The notes beneath the pieces are model-generated. The model was not told where the DNA came from and did not search any database. It saw only the letters and a program-made list of their open reading frames with translations. Shown piece by piece: positions 9,123 through 17,954 of a stretch of DNA of 64,000 nt. Source of the stretch: a virus. How positions within the stretch are numbered: the stretch's first letter is position 1; every line of letters starts with the position of its first letter. The position numbers were made by a program, and so were the translations under genes. Where the stretch lies: IMG/VR virus record IMGVR_UViG_3300032080_000003, positions 1-64,000 of that record. One strand, 5' to 3'.

Positions 9123-10613
9123 TTAGTTTTCCTTGTTTGAGACAGATGAATCACCAGAAGATCCGTTATTGTTTCCTGTGCCTGATGGCAACCCTTCCTT
9201 TAGGCCACTTCCGCTAGCCGATTCAGAAGGTCCAAGAAGTTCATTAAGATCCTCTTGAGACATACTTTCATCAACACGGTCTGGAAGACCTAGCGCTTCA
9301 GCAATGTAGTTAATATTCTTAGGAGAAGGGACAACAAGACCTGTTGCTTTAACTCGTTGAAGAGCACTTGCATACTCACCAATATCCTGATTATCAATAT
9401 CACCGTAAGCAAACTTAGGCATATCCACTGGATTCCAACCATTCAACTGAGCTAGTTGTCTGACTAGATCGTTGTTAAGTTGATCTTGAATCTCCATGAG
9501 GGCAGCTTCAATACGAGTAGCAATGATAGATGTTTTACTATCTGCTAGGCTATAGGAGCCTGTTGCACCTTGACCTAGCTTAAGAACATCTGCGAAAAAG
9601 GACATGAGGATTTCATTGGAATACCGATCAATAATATCTCCAACGTTGAAGCTCTTTGTGCCAGTAACACCGGCAAGCTCAAAGTTGAACATCTTATTAC
9701 CGGCATCATCGAAGATAGAAGGAATAATTAAACCTTCTTGCTCTTCACGGTGCAAGTTACGCATTACTTTCTTAAGGTACTCGTATGTCTGTTTATCAGA
9801 ATCAGATGCACCATCAACCATATACTGTACAGGGATAGTAAGAACTGGAAGACCTCTCATATCCTTACTGACACCAATAGCTTCTGCTTCTTCTAACGCC
9901 TTCTTAAACTTCCAACTTTCCCAGCAGTAGTTAAGAGGAGAAACACCAATTGGTGAGTTCTTCCTAACATTAGTACGGAACAGCATAAACTTTTCACGGG
10001 GAATCAAAACACCGGGATAGATTTCCATCTGTTGGACATCACCAGTTTTGGTTGTTGTCCACTGACGTACACCCTGAATCTCTCGGTTGTACTCATCCAT
10101 CTCCCACTTGGCAATTGTTTCTTGGCCTCGTGGAACAATCTTTTTAATACCAATCAAACCGTCATCATAATATGAACCATTTGATTTCAGCCTTTTGCGA
10201 AATACCTTTTCCATGACAGAAAAACCGTAGGTATTGAAAGAACTGATTTCTTTAATAGTTTGATAAAGGCTTGTGTCTAGATCAGCGATACACTCTTCCA
10301 AGAATTTCTTCTTGCGTTTCATATCGTCTGTAGCGTCGTGTGGGATTTCAATTTTCCACTTTACTTTACTAATCATTGTTTCAACTAACTGAATAGCTGA
10401 ACTAACAGTAGCATCACGACGCATGTTATTGTATGTGTTAATGCACCAAGGCCATTGGAGTTCTTTTGCACAACCGTCTAGGATAGTGCCACCAATAATG
10501 TTCATCCCCGGCTGACCATTTTCCGAGAACTTAATTCTGGGAATAGTTGAGTCAGCACCTGTTGTCAGAGGAACACTTAGTGCATCCACCACGGGAGCCT
10601 TTGTCCTAGCCAT
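9123..10613 (-). CDS. portal protein
   Basis: 496 aa between the large terminase and the prohead protease, with a Gly/Ser-rich acidic C-terminal tail. Confidence 0.8.
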   Translation of the reverse strand: MARTKAPVVDALSVPLTTGADSTIPRIKFSENGQPGMNIIGGTILDGCAKELQWPWCINTYNNMRRDATVSSAIQLVETMISKVKWKIEIPHDATDDMKRKKKFLEECIADLDTSLYQTIKEISSFNTYGFSVMEKVFRKRLKSNGSYYDDGLIGIKKIVPRGQETIAKWEMDEYNREIQGVRQWTTTKTGDVQQMEIYPGVLIPREKFMLFRTNVRKNSPIGVSPLNYCWESWKFKKALEEAEAIGVSKDMRGLPVLTIPVQYMVDGASDSDKQTYEYLKKVMRNLHREEQEGLIIPSIFDDAGNKMFNFELAGVTGTKSFNVGDIIDRYSNEILMSFFADVLKLGQGATGSYSLADSKTSIIATRIEAALMEIQDQLNNDLVRQLAQLNGWNPVDMPKFAYGDIDNQDIGEYASALQRVKATGLVVPSPKNINYIAEALGLPDRVDESMSQEDLNELLGPSESASGSGLKEGLPSGTGNNNGSSGDSSVSNKEN

Positions 10614-10625
10614 GTAGGCTCCTTG

Positions 10626-12113
10626 TTAACGAATATTATTTAAAGGGTTTGACTTCTCATCAAAGCCAAAGGATTTCATACCACTCAGGAAATTAGGAAC
10701 AAAGACTTTTTGAGCAAGAATCATGAACGCATCACTACAACAGTCAACGAGGTCGTCATGTCCATTTTGGCCGCTTTTTCTTTCGCCTGTGAACGTCTCC
10801 AGCTCCTTGTAAAAGAAACCTAACTCACTGTATATCTTGTTCTCGTAGTCTGTTCCACAATTGCGTAAAATTCTTATCCCCCCATTCATACACATTGACG
10901 CAAATGGGCGGAAACGGTCAACTTTCCGTGTATTCGCCTTCATAGTGCGAACAAAGAAACCTTCTTCTGATATCTCTCTTGCTAACATAGTAGTTGCTGC
11001 TTTGGATGCAGGGTTTGGGTCCACAGGCAAAACTATATCTACGTTTGATCCGTCCCTTCTAGCATTTTCTACTACAAAGTTTTTCCAATCACCAAATCTG
11101 ATCCGAATTCTCTGTACTTCGTGAACGAAAAAAGTACCATCTTTCATTTTAGAAAGTTTAACACAACTGGTGTAATCAGGATCGTAGGAACTATCTGAAG
11201 ATTTGAGTGTACCCGCGAAGTCATATGCACGAACAGTTTTTACTATATCTGTCCAAGCAGGTTCTTGATTTTCTTCTTTGAACCACTCCCGCTTTATTAG
11301 ACCTTGACCTTCTGGCCTTGCTTCCCAATTTCCGTGGAGAAGAATTTCTTTCTCAATCCTAGGAAGACCTTGCAAAAAGGCAATATAACTTTTTTCAATA
11401 TGAGGGTTATCGTAAACCGAAGCAGAAATAAACCTAAAGGAAAGAGCTACGTTCTCTGGATATCTTTCTTCTAACTCTTCCTTTGTATCAGCCCAGTACA
11501 TCTCATTATCTAAGCGAACAAACCATCTAATTACACCCTGTTTTGCAGGATCTGGTCTTCCAAACAGCTCATGACCTTCTGGATAAAGATACCAATCAAC
11601 CCATTTCCTGACCCATGAGTCAGGATCGGGGTTCATCGTTGCACGCATGTTAGGCTTCATGTTAGCCTTAGTCCGCAAACGAGACAGGATATAGTTAAAC
11701 TGGGATTCTTCAAATTGACACAATTCCTCCATCACACAACTGGAAATTTGTGCACCTTGAAAGTTGTCCGTATCATCAACACGTTCAAAGTGAGAAAAGA
11801 AAATCTCGGCATCAGAGCTTGCAATAATTTTTAAATCTTTAATTCTTACTCGACAATCCGGGTCAAGTAGTTTATACAGTTGTTTTGCTTCATCCCAAAC
11901 AGCACCGGGCTTTAGCAACATGGGTGTTGTGCGGCGGAGTGTCAAGCCCCTATACAGGGGATCATGCATATACTTTGCGTGGTGCGCAAGCCCTGCCCAA
12001 GTCTTCCCTCCGCCTGCCTGACCCCCATAAAAGCATATATCCACCCAATCAGGGGTGGATAAAAACATGGCCTGAGGGCGACTGGCGGGTGCGATTACAT
12101 TTTCCAAGTACAC
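10626..12113 (-). CDS. terminase large subunit
   Basis: Walker A motif FYGGQAGGGKTWAG near the N-terminus. 495 aa, upstream of the portal gene. The first ~65 nt overlap the HNH ORF, so the true start may be the internal Met (MFLSTPDW). Confidence 0.9.
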   Translation of the reverse strand: MYLENVIAPASRPQAMFLSTPDWVDICFYGGQAGGGKTWAGLAHHAKYMHDPLYRGLTLRRTTPMLLKPGAVWDEAKQLYKLLDPDCRVRIKDLKIIASSDAEIFFSHFERVDDTDNFQGAQISSCVMEELCQFEESQFNYILSRLRTKANMKPNMRATMNPDPDSWVRKWVDWYLYPEGHELFGRPDPAKQGVIRWFVRLDNEMYWADTKEELEERYPENVALSFRFISASVYDNPHIEKSYIAFLQGLPRIEKEILLHGNWEARPEGQGLIKREWFKEENQEPAWTDIVKTVRAYDFAGTLKSSDSSYDPDYTSCVKLSKMKDGTFFVHEVQRIRIRFGDWKNFVVENARRDGSNVDIVLPVDPNPASKAATTMLAREISEEGFFVRTMKANTRKVDRFRPFASMCMNGGIRILRNCGTDYENKIYSELGFFYKELETFTGERKSGQNGHDDLVDCCSDAFMILAQKVFVPNFLSGMKSFGFDEKSNPLNNIR

Positions 12114-13224
12114 TAACCTCTATTTGCTCAATATTGTTTTTGACCTCTAACCAGCGATCTTTATTTTCTAAAGTGTTTGAAACAGAATTCCTAGCAACGC
12201 CATACAATGACGCCAAGAATTTCTGTTCTACAAAACCCGAACGCCACAATATTAAAGCTTCGACCACATCTACTAAGGAAAATATAGCCTTACTATTTAA
12301 TTTATGTTTCTTGATTCCTAGGTCTTCTATAGCTTTAGAAATCTTATCTCTGTGAGAATTCCTGTGTAACATCCAGTCTTCAATATATTCTTTTTCAATA
12401 TCGCGAATAGTCTTGCTAAGGTCTTTTTCAAGACTTTGTAAGTATTGATCAGAGTTATTATTTAGAGCTTTGACTAAATAACCAGAACAAAGAGACGGAT
12501 CAAAGCCTTCTTGGAAACGTTCGGACATAGTTCTAAAATAGCTGGCACTAAAATCTCTACCGGAGACCTTATTAACTTTTGTAGAAAAATCCTTCGGACC
12601 CGTCTTTTCTGATCGTTCCCAAAAGTCTTTAAATACATTGAAAGCCAACCAATCTTTCAGCTCACCTTTATGGCGAAAGATTGGTACATGAGAGCCTACG
12701 TTTATTAAAAAGTCTTGATAACAATCTTTTTTATAAATAAACTGTTCCATGTATTTTGTATTATTTTGCTTCCAATTAATAAGCTTCTTCTTTCTTTCAG
12801 TAATTCTTCTGGATGCCTTGATTTGCTCAAGAAGTTCCGGCGGATGGGTTACGCCAAACATCGGATTATTTTCTCCAGAGCATTGGGCACTTACCGCTTG
12901 AGAATACTCTTCTCTGAGTTTAGAATAAACTTTAGAGTTAATACCTACGTGACTATTGCCCGCAATATTATTTACCCATCTTGAACTCATGATATGGGCG
13001 GCGCGCATCAAACTTACATTGTCAGGATTTGCTTTCCACAACAACATGTGTGCTATAAAATGCTCTCTACCTGAAAACAATACAAAATTTTCAGCAGAAT
13101 CTGTTCCGCCAATACATACAGGAATAATATGGTGAGCTTCGGTATAAAAAGGTACTTTAGATTTGTTCAGACCACGAACTTTAGCTTTTTCTACAAGTGC
13201 ATTGTAAATCTTTTCGTAATTCAA
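12049..13224 (-). CDS. HNH homing endonuclease
   Basis: N-terminal motif YTEAHHIIPVCIGGTDSAENFVLFSGREHFIAHMLLW. TTG start with GGAG upstream. Inserted just upstream of the terminase gene. Confidence 0.85.
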   Translation of the reverse strand: MNYEKIYNALVEKAKVRGLNKSKVPFYTEAHHIIPVCIGGTDSAENFVLFSGREHFIAHMLLWKANPDNVSLMRAAHIMSSRWVNNIAGNSHVGINSKVYSKLREEYSQAVSAQCSGENNPMFGVTHPPELLEQIKASRRITERKKKLINWKQNNTKYMEQFIYKKDCYQDFLINVGSHVPIFRHKGELKDWLAFNVFKDFWERSEKTGPKDFSTKVNKVSGRDFSASYFRTMSERFQEGFDPSLCSGYLVKALNNNSDQYLQSLEKDLSKTIRDIEKEYIEDWMLHRNSHRDKISKAIEDLGIKKHKLNSKAIFSLVDVVEALILWRSGFVEQKFLASLYGVARNSVSNTLENKDRWLEVKNNIEQIEVSVLGKCNRTRQSPSGHVFIHP

Positions 13225-13316
13225 AACTCAATATCTCCAACTAGATTAAATAGGCGAGAGCTAGCTAACTGAGTTGGCAGTTAGCGGGGATGGCCATCCG
13301 TTCGCTCTCATTGTAT

Positions 13317-13709
13317 TTACTTATCTTCAGAACTTTCTTCTTCAGAATCACCATCTTCGTGCATACCACCTGCCTCGACAGCAGCCAAATACTGTCGAAT
13401 CATTTTATCCTTTGCACGGCCTTTAATACCACGAGAAGCCACAATAGGACGCATCTCTTCGATTGGCATTGCTTCCAATTCATCTTTCGAGTAAACCTGT
13501 TCACCCAAAGGAACCGGAATAGTCTGCAAACCGGGAGCTTGCTCTACAGTTTTATCTGTCTCAATCACCAGACTTGCTGTAATAGGAAAACCTTTGAGAC
13601 GAGGGTAAGTGTTCTCATGAAGTGTATAACCTTCTTTACCCATCTCCAGCACCTTATTAACGAAGTCTACAGGACTCCCGAAAGTAAGGTTAACAATTTG
13701 CTTAGCCAT
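13317..13709 (-). CDS. hypothetical protein with SAP/HeH-like C-terminal motif (possible small terminase or DNA-binding protein)
   Basis: Start moved to MAKQIVNL (ATG 13709, AAAGG upstream) because the track start 13745 sits at the predicted transcription start. The segment SKDELEAMPIEEMRPIVASRGIKGRAKDKMIRQYL resembles an HeH fold. Acidic tail. Confidence 0.55.
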   Translation of the reverse strand: MAKQIVNLTFGSPVDFVNKVLEMGKEGYTLHENTYPRLKGFPITASLVIETDKTVEQAPGLQTIPVPLGEQVYSKDELEAMPIEEMRPIVASRGIKGRAKDKMIRQYLAAVEAGGMHEDGDSEEESSEDK

Positions 13710-13752
13710 GTGTTCGTACCTTTTAAATTCGTTTAGTTGCTTCAAGAAAGAT

Positions 13753-13782
13753 AATGTATCACTATCAACATATGAAAGTCAA
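13753..13782 (-). promoter_or_regulatory. sigma70-type promoter TTGACT-18-TACATT
   Basis: Read on the minus strand, between the fibre terminator and 13317..13709. Confidence 0.5.
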
Positions 13783-13807
13783 TAGCTTAATAAAATAAAC
13801 ATGAAAT

Positions 13808-13842
13808 AATTTTATTAAAGAACATTCATCCTTAAATGTTCT
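13808..13842 (-). terminator. rho-independent terminator after the tail fibre gene
   Basis: Minus strand reads AGAACATT-taaggatg-AATGTTCT followed by TTAATAAAATT. Confidence 0.6.
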
Positions 13843-13858
13843 CTGTAAAACTACTTAA

Positions 13859-16093
13859 TTATGCGCCCACTCCTTCAACTCTGACCCTGACTGTTGTGTT
13901 AGGTAGAAGTGTAAGTGTGTTAGCACCAAGACCAATCAGCACCGTTGTCAATACACTATTACCGTAAGTGAGACCTGTTAAGGCTGTACTTGTACTAGTA
14001 TAGGCATTCAAACTAGCTTGCCTAATCCCTGCAACAGTGTTTGCTGTACTTACAGGCTGAACTTGTACATCAAGAATCTCTGTGAAGTCAGTACCTGTTG
14101 TAACTGTCCAGACAGAAGATGTGCTGTCGCTCACCACTGTGTAATATTTAACCTTGACCCGAGCTACCAAACTATTATCAACACGTCTTGTGATAGGAAG
14201 TGTTGCGGATGTAATCTTGGTATCAAGGGTCATCTGAAGGCTTGTAATATCACTAATTACGTGGATATGAGCACTTGGTGTAAAGCTTGTAGGTTTGTTT
14301 GTGAGATCATTCCATGACCCTGAAAACAATACAGGTTTATTCAGAATCTGACTTACACCACTTGTAGCTACCCAATCACTATTAACCTGTGCAGCGGGTA
14401 TAGTTGGCAAACCTGTCAAACTTGAATAGGCACCGCTTGTAGCAACGCTACTCAATCCGCCTACGTCTGCTGCACTAAGAACAATTGCACCAGTTCTACC
14501 CGCAACAGAGGTGACGGGATAGTTAACTGTTGGGATTACTGGCTTATTTGTAAGGTCTGCATAACTACCAGTAGACGCAACAGTTGCATAAATAGGCTTG
14601 TTAATCAAGTCAGCATATGAGCCACTGAACAGTGTTGGCTTACCTGTCAAGTCATTATAAGCACCTGAGAACAGACTAGGCAGTCCAGTAAGACTTGAGT
14701 AAGCAATAGCATCAAGAGAGTTACGCTTGCTGTCAAGAGTTGCTTGAAGATTGGCTATATCGCTGATTGAATGGCTGTGAGATGATGGTGGAAATGTCAG
14801 AGGTTTATTCTGAACATCAGCCCAACTGATATTAACAGACGGAACCTGAGCCAATGTAATGTAAGCCGAATCATTCTCAAACGAACTTACTTTGGTTGGA
14901 AACATGGGTTTATTTGTAAGGTCTGTATATGAGCCACTTACAGCAACAGAAGATAAGCCTGTAACTTGACTTACTGGAACATTAGCTGTGTTTGAAAGCT
15001 TACTATCTAAAGCTGTCTGCAACCCTGTTACATCACTAATTGGATGCTTATGATCTATAGTAATGTAACCACTATTGTTTTCTATCTGATTTGTAGATGT
15101 TGGGATAACAGGTTTATTAATCAGATCAGAATAACTTCCAGTTTTAGCTACAGATGCCAATCCTGAGTTTTCAGATTTAAGATAGTTTATGTCTGTATTT
15201 ACAGAGGATAATTCACCCTGTAAACCTTCTACTTCTGAAATGGTATGCGTATGTGCAGATGGAGCAAACGTTGCTGGAACATCTGTTAAATCTGCATAAC
15301 TACCTGTGAATCCTTCACCAATCTCACTGATTTGTTTTTGAATGTCATCAAGATCATTTTGATCAGCAACGCCAATGAAAACACCCTCTTGAATATAGCC
15401 TGAAAACTTAGGCATTCCGTTTGTGCCAGCAAGAAACATCTGGTCAGCTTGGATATCAAAAACAATGTCTGTACCAGCTTGGAAGATTACGGCTGTATCC
15501 AAGAAGTCCAATACGTTTTCACCAATACCAAAACTTGTCCCGTCCTTACCTGTAGTCCATGAGGATTTGGAGGGAAAGTACTTAACTGCAACACCAGACT
15601 TCTTGTCTGTGATACGCAGCCTTACGTTAGTCATATTCCCAGTTGCAGTAAAAATAAGGGAGTTTGTACGTGCAGTAAACTGGGTGGTGTAATTAAAGGT
15701 GAGGGGGTTTGTCGAGATAGTGATACTACCATTGGCCTGAGCATCAACCCTACGTTCAGCTTCTTTCAAATAGAAATAATAGGGCTTGGAAGCTGGTGCA
15801 TTTCTGGGAGTAGCATAATCCAAAAGCTGATATTTAATATTATCAACCATGTTCTCAAATGCAAGAAAGCCTGCTGATTCAGAGAGTCTAATAACATCTC
15901 CGAAATCAATACTGCCAGACTCTACAGCAAAACCTACTGGAGCGAGAAGGGAACCAGAAGACAGCACCCGCATACCACTGCCTTGAATTGTACCATCAGC
16001 AGCTTTGTAAGGGAGTTGATCGATAGGCCACATTGAAAGGTCATTACCTTCACCTTCAATGATTGTAGTTTTGTTTCTGTTTGGGATAATCAT
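13859..16093 (-). CDS. tail fibre protein
   Basis: 744 aa. About 9 copies of G(S/A)Y(A/S/T)DL(T/I)NKP and 4 copies of HxHx(I)SD(V/I)xxLQ (SAHTHTISEV, DHKHPISDV, SSHSHSISDI, SAHIHVISDI), as in T4-type fibre repeats with His boxes. Confidence 0.85.
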   Translation of the reverse strand: MIIPNRNKTTIIEGEGNDLSMWPIDQLPYKAADGTIQGSGMRVLSSGSLLAPVGFAVESGSIDFGDVIRLSESAGFLAFENMVDNIKYQLLDYATPRNAPASKPYYFYLKEAERRVDAQANGSITISTNPLTFNYTTQFTARTNSLIFTATGNMTNVRLRITDKKSGVAVKYFPSKSSWTTGKDGTSFGIGENVLDFLDTAVIFQAGTDIVFDIQADQMFLAGTNGMPKFSGYIQEGVFIGVADQNDLDDIQKQISEIGEGFTGSYADLTDVPATFAPSAHTHTISEVEGLQGELSSVNTDINYLKSENSGLASVAKTGSYSDLINKPVIPTSTNQIENNSGYITIDHKHPISDVTGLQTALDSKLSNTANVPVSQVTGLSSVAVSGSYTDLTNKPMFPTKVSSFENDSAYITLAQVPSVNISWADVQNKPLTFPPSSHSHSISDIANLQATLDSKRNSLDAIAYSSLTGLPSLFSGAYNDLTGKPTLFSGSYADLINKPIYATVASTGSYADLTNKPVIPTVNYPVTSVAGRTGAIVLSAADVGGLSSVATSGAYSSLTGLPTIPAAQVNSDWVATSGVSQILNKPVLFSGSWNDLTNKPTSFTPSAHIHVISDITSLQMTLDTKITSATLPITRRVDNSLVARVKVKYYTVVSDSTSSVWTVTTGTDFTEILDVQVQPVSTANTVAGIRQASLNAYTSTSTALTGLTYGNSVLTTVLIGLGANTLTLLPNTTVRVRVEGVGA

Positions 16094-16104
16094 GGTCTAT
16101 CTCC

Positions 16105-16392
16105 TTATTCGTAAGTTTCTACGAAGAGACGACCACCAGATGCACCTTTAGCCCATACTCTAGATGATGCTGGGACTTTTTCAATAACAGTCCAATTACC
16201 ATCTAGATTACCTTGCTTCAAAGGCCAACCATCATTGGATGTACCTACTGGCTGACTTGCACGTACCAGGAGAAATACGGTGGCAGCAGATTTATTATTG
16301 ACGATCAGAGATGTTCCCGGAGCAATACCTGTGAGAGTGTATAAATCTACCCAAGTATTGGTCGTAAGGAATACATCATTCAGTGAATCCAT
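16105..16392 (-). CDS. hypothetical protein (fibre-associated by position)
   Basis: 95-aa ORF immediately upstream of the fibre gene on the same strand. Confidence 0.6.
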   Translation of the reverse strand: MDSLNDVFLTTNTWVDLYTLTGIAPGTSLIVNNKSAATVFLLVRASQPVGTSNDGWPLKQGNLDGNWTVIEKVPASSRVWAKGASGGRLFVETYE

Positions 16393-16474
16393 AAAATAAA
16401 CACCTTTATTATTTTTGTATTAGGTGCTTGACAAATTTATAGTGCAGTCAAAGCAAGGACACTTTAGGTAAAAA

Positions 16475-17134
16475 TTACAAGCTCAATGTTTCTAAATTTT
16501 GAGCAGCTTCTAATTTTATCTTTTGAATCCTTGCTTGCAGGGAATTTTCTACCCTTACATCATAGCCTTTTTCTAACTTATATCTTTCAATAGATATTTG
16601 TAAACATTCAATCTTTGCTACTTGCCACGCTTTATGTGCATCTTCTGGTGTAGAGTAGACACCCAAATACTCAAGGATAGATTTACCTTCCTTAAAAATA
16701 TTAACCGTGCTTACGAAAGGTTTTGATTTTTCATTCACCATATTCTTATCAGTTAAATAAGAAACACCCAGAGGATATTTTCCTCTAGCTTTGTCTGCGC
16801 AAATAACTACCTTATTTAGCCACTGTGGGATAAACACACAAGTATCTGGACCATATATCTTGTTGCCCGGTACTAGAATATCTTTATCTAAATCATAACC
16901 TTGCCAATGTTGATTCTCCATCCAAGATTTGAAGTTGCTAGCCCTAAGCCACTCTGGGTGAACTTCTTTATCTGCATAAACTCCCCGATCTTTTTCTTTA
17001 TACGTATCTGAGCATCGAGTTAGCATATGCTTCCATCTAAAATAGAATGGGCAACGTTCTTGTTTTCCATTAATAACGGCTGCAACAGCATAATCTAAAT
17101 CATTAATGCCTAAACCAGAAACTAATCTTGCCAA
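16475..17134 (-). CDS. homing endonuclease-like protein, family 1 (AP2-type DNA-binding region)
   Basis: Paralog of 49077..49817. Shared motifs: GIGINDxDYxV, CPFYxxWKxMxxRC, NFKxWMExQxWQG and LDKDILxPGNKxYGPDTCVF. TTG start. Confidence 0.7.
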   Translation of the reverse strand: MARLVSGLGINDLDYAVAAVINGKQERCPFYFRWKHMLTRCSDTYKEKDRGVYADKEVHPEWLRASNFKSWMENQHWQGYDLDKDILVPGNKIYGPDTCVFIPQWLNKVVICADKARGKYPLGVSYLTDKNMVNEKSKPFVSTVNIFKEGKSILEYLGVYSTPEDAHKAWQVAKIECLQISIERYKLEKGYDVRVENSLQARIQKIKLEAAQNLETLSL

Positions 17135-17140
17135 TTTATC

Positions 17141-17236
17141 AGACCTCTATAGTCAAGCTTCTTAATGTCTGCAACAGGGACATTGTAACAAACCCTTCAT
17201 CAAGGAACTTGCTATAGAGGTCTTACTGTTACAATG
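17141..17236 (-). promoter_or_regulatory. interleaved inverted repeats (pseudoknot-type) sequestering the SD of 16475..17134
   Basis: 12-bp pair agacctctatag (17141-17152) / ctatagaggtct (17212-17223), and 10-bp pair cattgtaaca (17181-17190) / tgttacaatg (17227-17236). In the mRNA the element CUAUAGAGGUCU contains the GAGG located 9 nt before the TTG start. Confidence 0.6.
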
Positions 17237-17272
17237 TTTTAAGCCATTGCAGCGGCCTAATTCTTTCAGATA

Positions 17273-17677
17273 CTACTCTTCATTCTCATCCGGGTCAACA
17301 AAAACCAGACTAAGACGTGGTTTCAATTCAGCTGCAATCTCTTTCGGAGTCTGTTCAGCTTCTTCTTCGTCCCTCTTACCCTTTAGTCGAGCATTAAAAC
17401 TACCGAGCTCTTCTGCCGTGGCATTCTTGATAACACTTACAATAGAGTTGAGTACCCACTTGGCAGAGGCAACGCTGTCAGCATTAACATCGGTGCCCGC
17501 CAGACTTTTATCCACCAGCTGAAGCGCAATATCTTGACGCTCCAGAAGCTTATCAGCAAGTTCTCGGAGCTTGCTCTTCTTGATTCGAGTGGAAGAATTA
17601 CCCTTTTCATTCCTATTGCTTTTCTCTCCATCAAAACGTGTTGCACGTTGCGCTGGGGTATGCGGTTGTTTAGCCAT
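17273..17677 (-). CDS. hypothetical basic/acidic protein (small terminase candidate, weak)
   Basis: 134 aa with a Lys/Arg-rich N-terminus and an acidic C-terminus. First ORF after the long untranslated region. Confidence 0.55.
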   Translation of the reverse strand: MAKQPHTPAQRATRFDGEKSNRNEKGNSSTRIKKSKLRELADKLLERQDIALQLVDKSLAGTDVNADSVASAKWVLNSIVSVIKNATAEELGSFNARLKGKRDEEEAEQTPKEIAAELKPRLSLVFVDPDENEE

Positions 17678-17706
17678 AATATTTATTTCCTGTAGTTTAG
17701 GATTTT

Positions 17707-17892
17707 CTTAAGCAGACTCGCAGGCTATGCCTTGCAGTATTCATTTAGAAGGAGAATGCTTAAGAAAAGACCCTGTTGCAAGCCTATGACAATATAGGAG
17801 AGGATACGTCACAGGCTATCAAGGTCTGAAAGAGATGTCCGGGAGAGGAGACAGACACTCTTTAATGCTGAAGGAGGAGAGAAAACTTCAGC
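17707..17892. other. four consecutive stem-loops with GGA/GGAG-rich loops (CU-rich loops if read on the minus strand)
   Basis: Stems: cttaagca/tgcttaag (17707-17764); agcctatgac/gtcacaggct (17781-17817); aaagag-tgtc/gaca-ctcttt (17829-17863); gctgaag/cttcagc (17867-17892). There are 8 GGA triplets between 17751 and 17899. Confidence 0.55.
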
Positions 17893-17954
17893 AGGTGGAA
17901 ACATAAACTTTATGTAGAATTTGATTCTTTTCGTTTATGTCGGTGAAACCAATC

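Noticed and set aside
13859-16093. Periodic sequence in the fibre gene considered as a DNA tandem repeat or CRISPR-like array
   Set aside because: - The periodicity is at the protein-motif level (GSYxDLxNKP and HxH boxes), with diverged nucleotide sequence and variable spacing.
- There are no conserved direct DNA repeats with unique spacers anywhere in the window.
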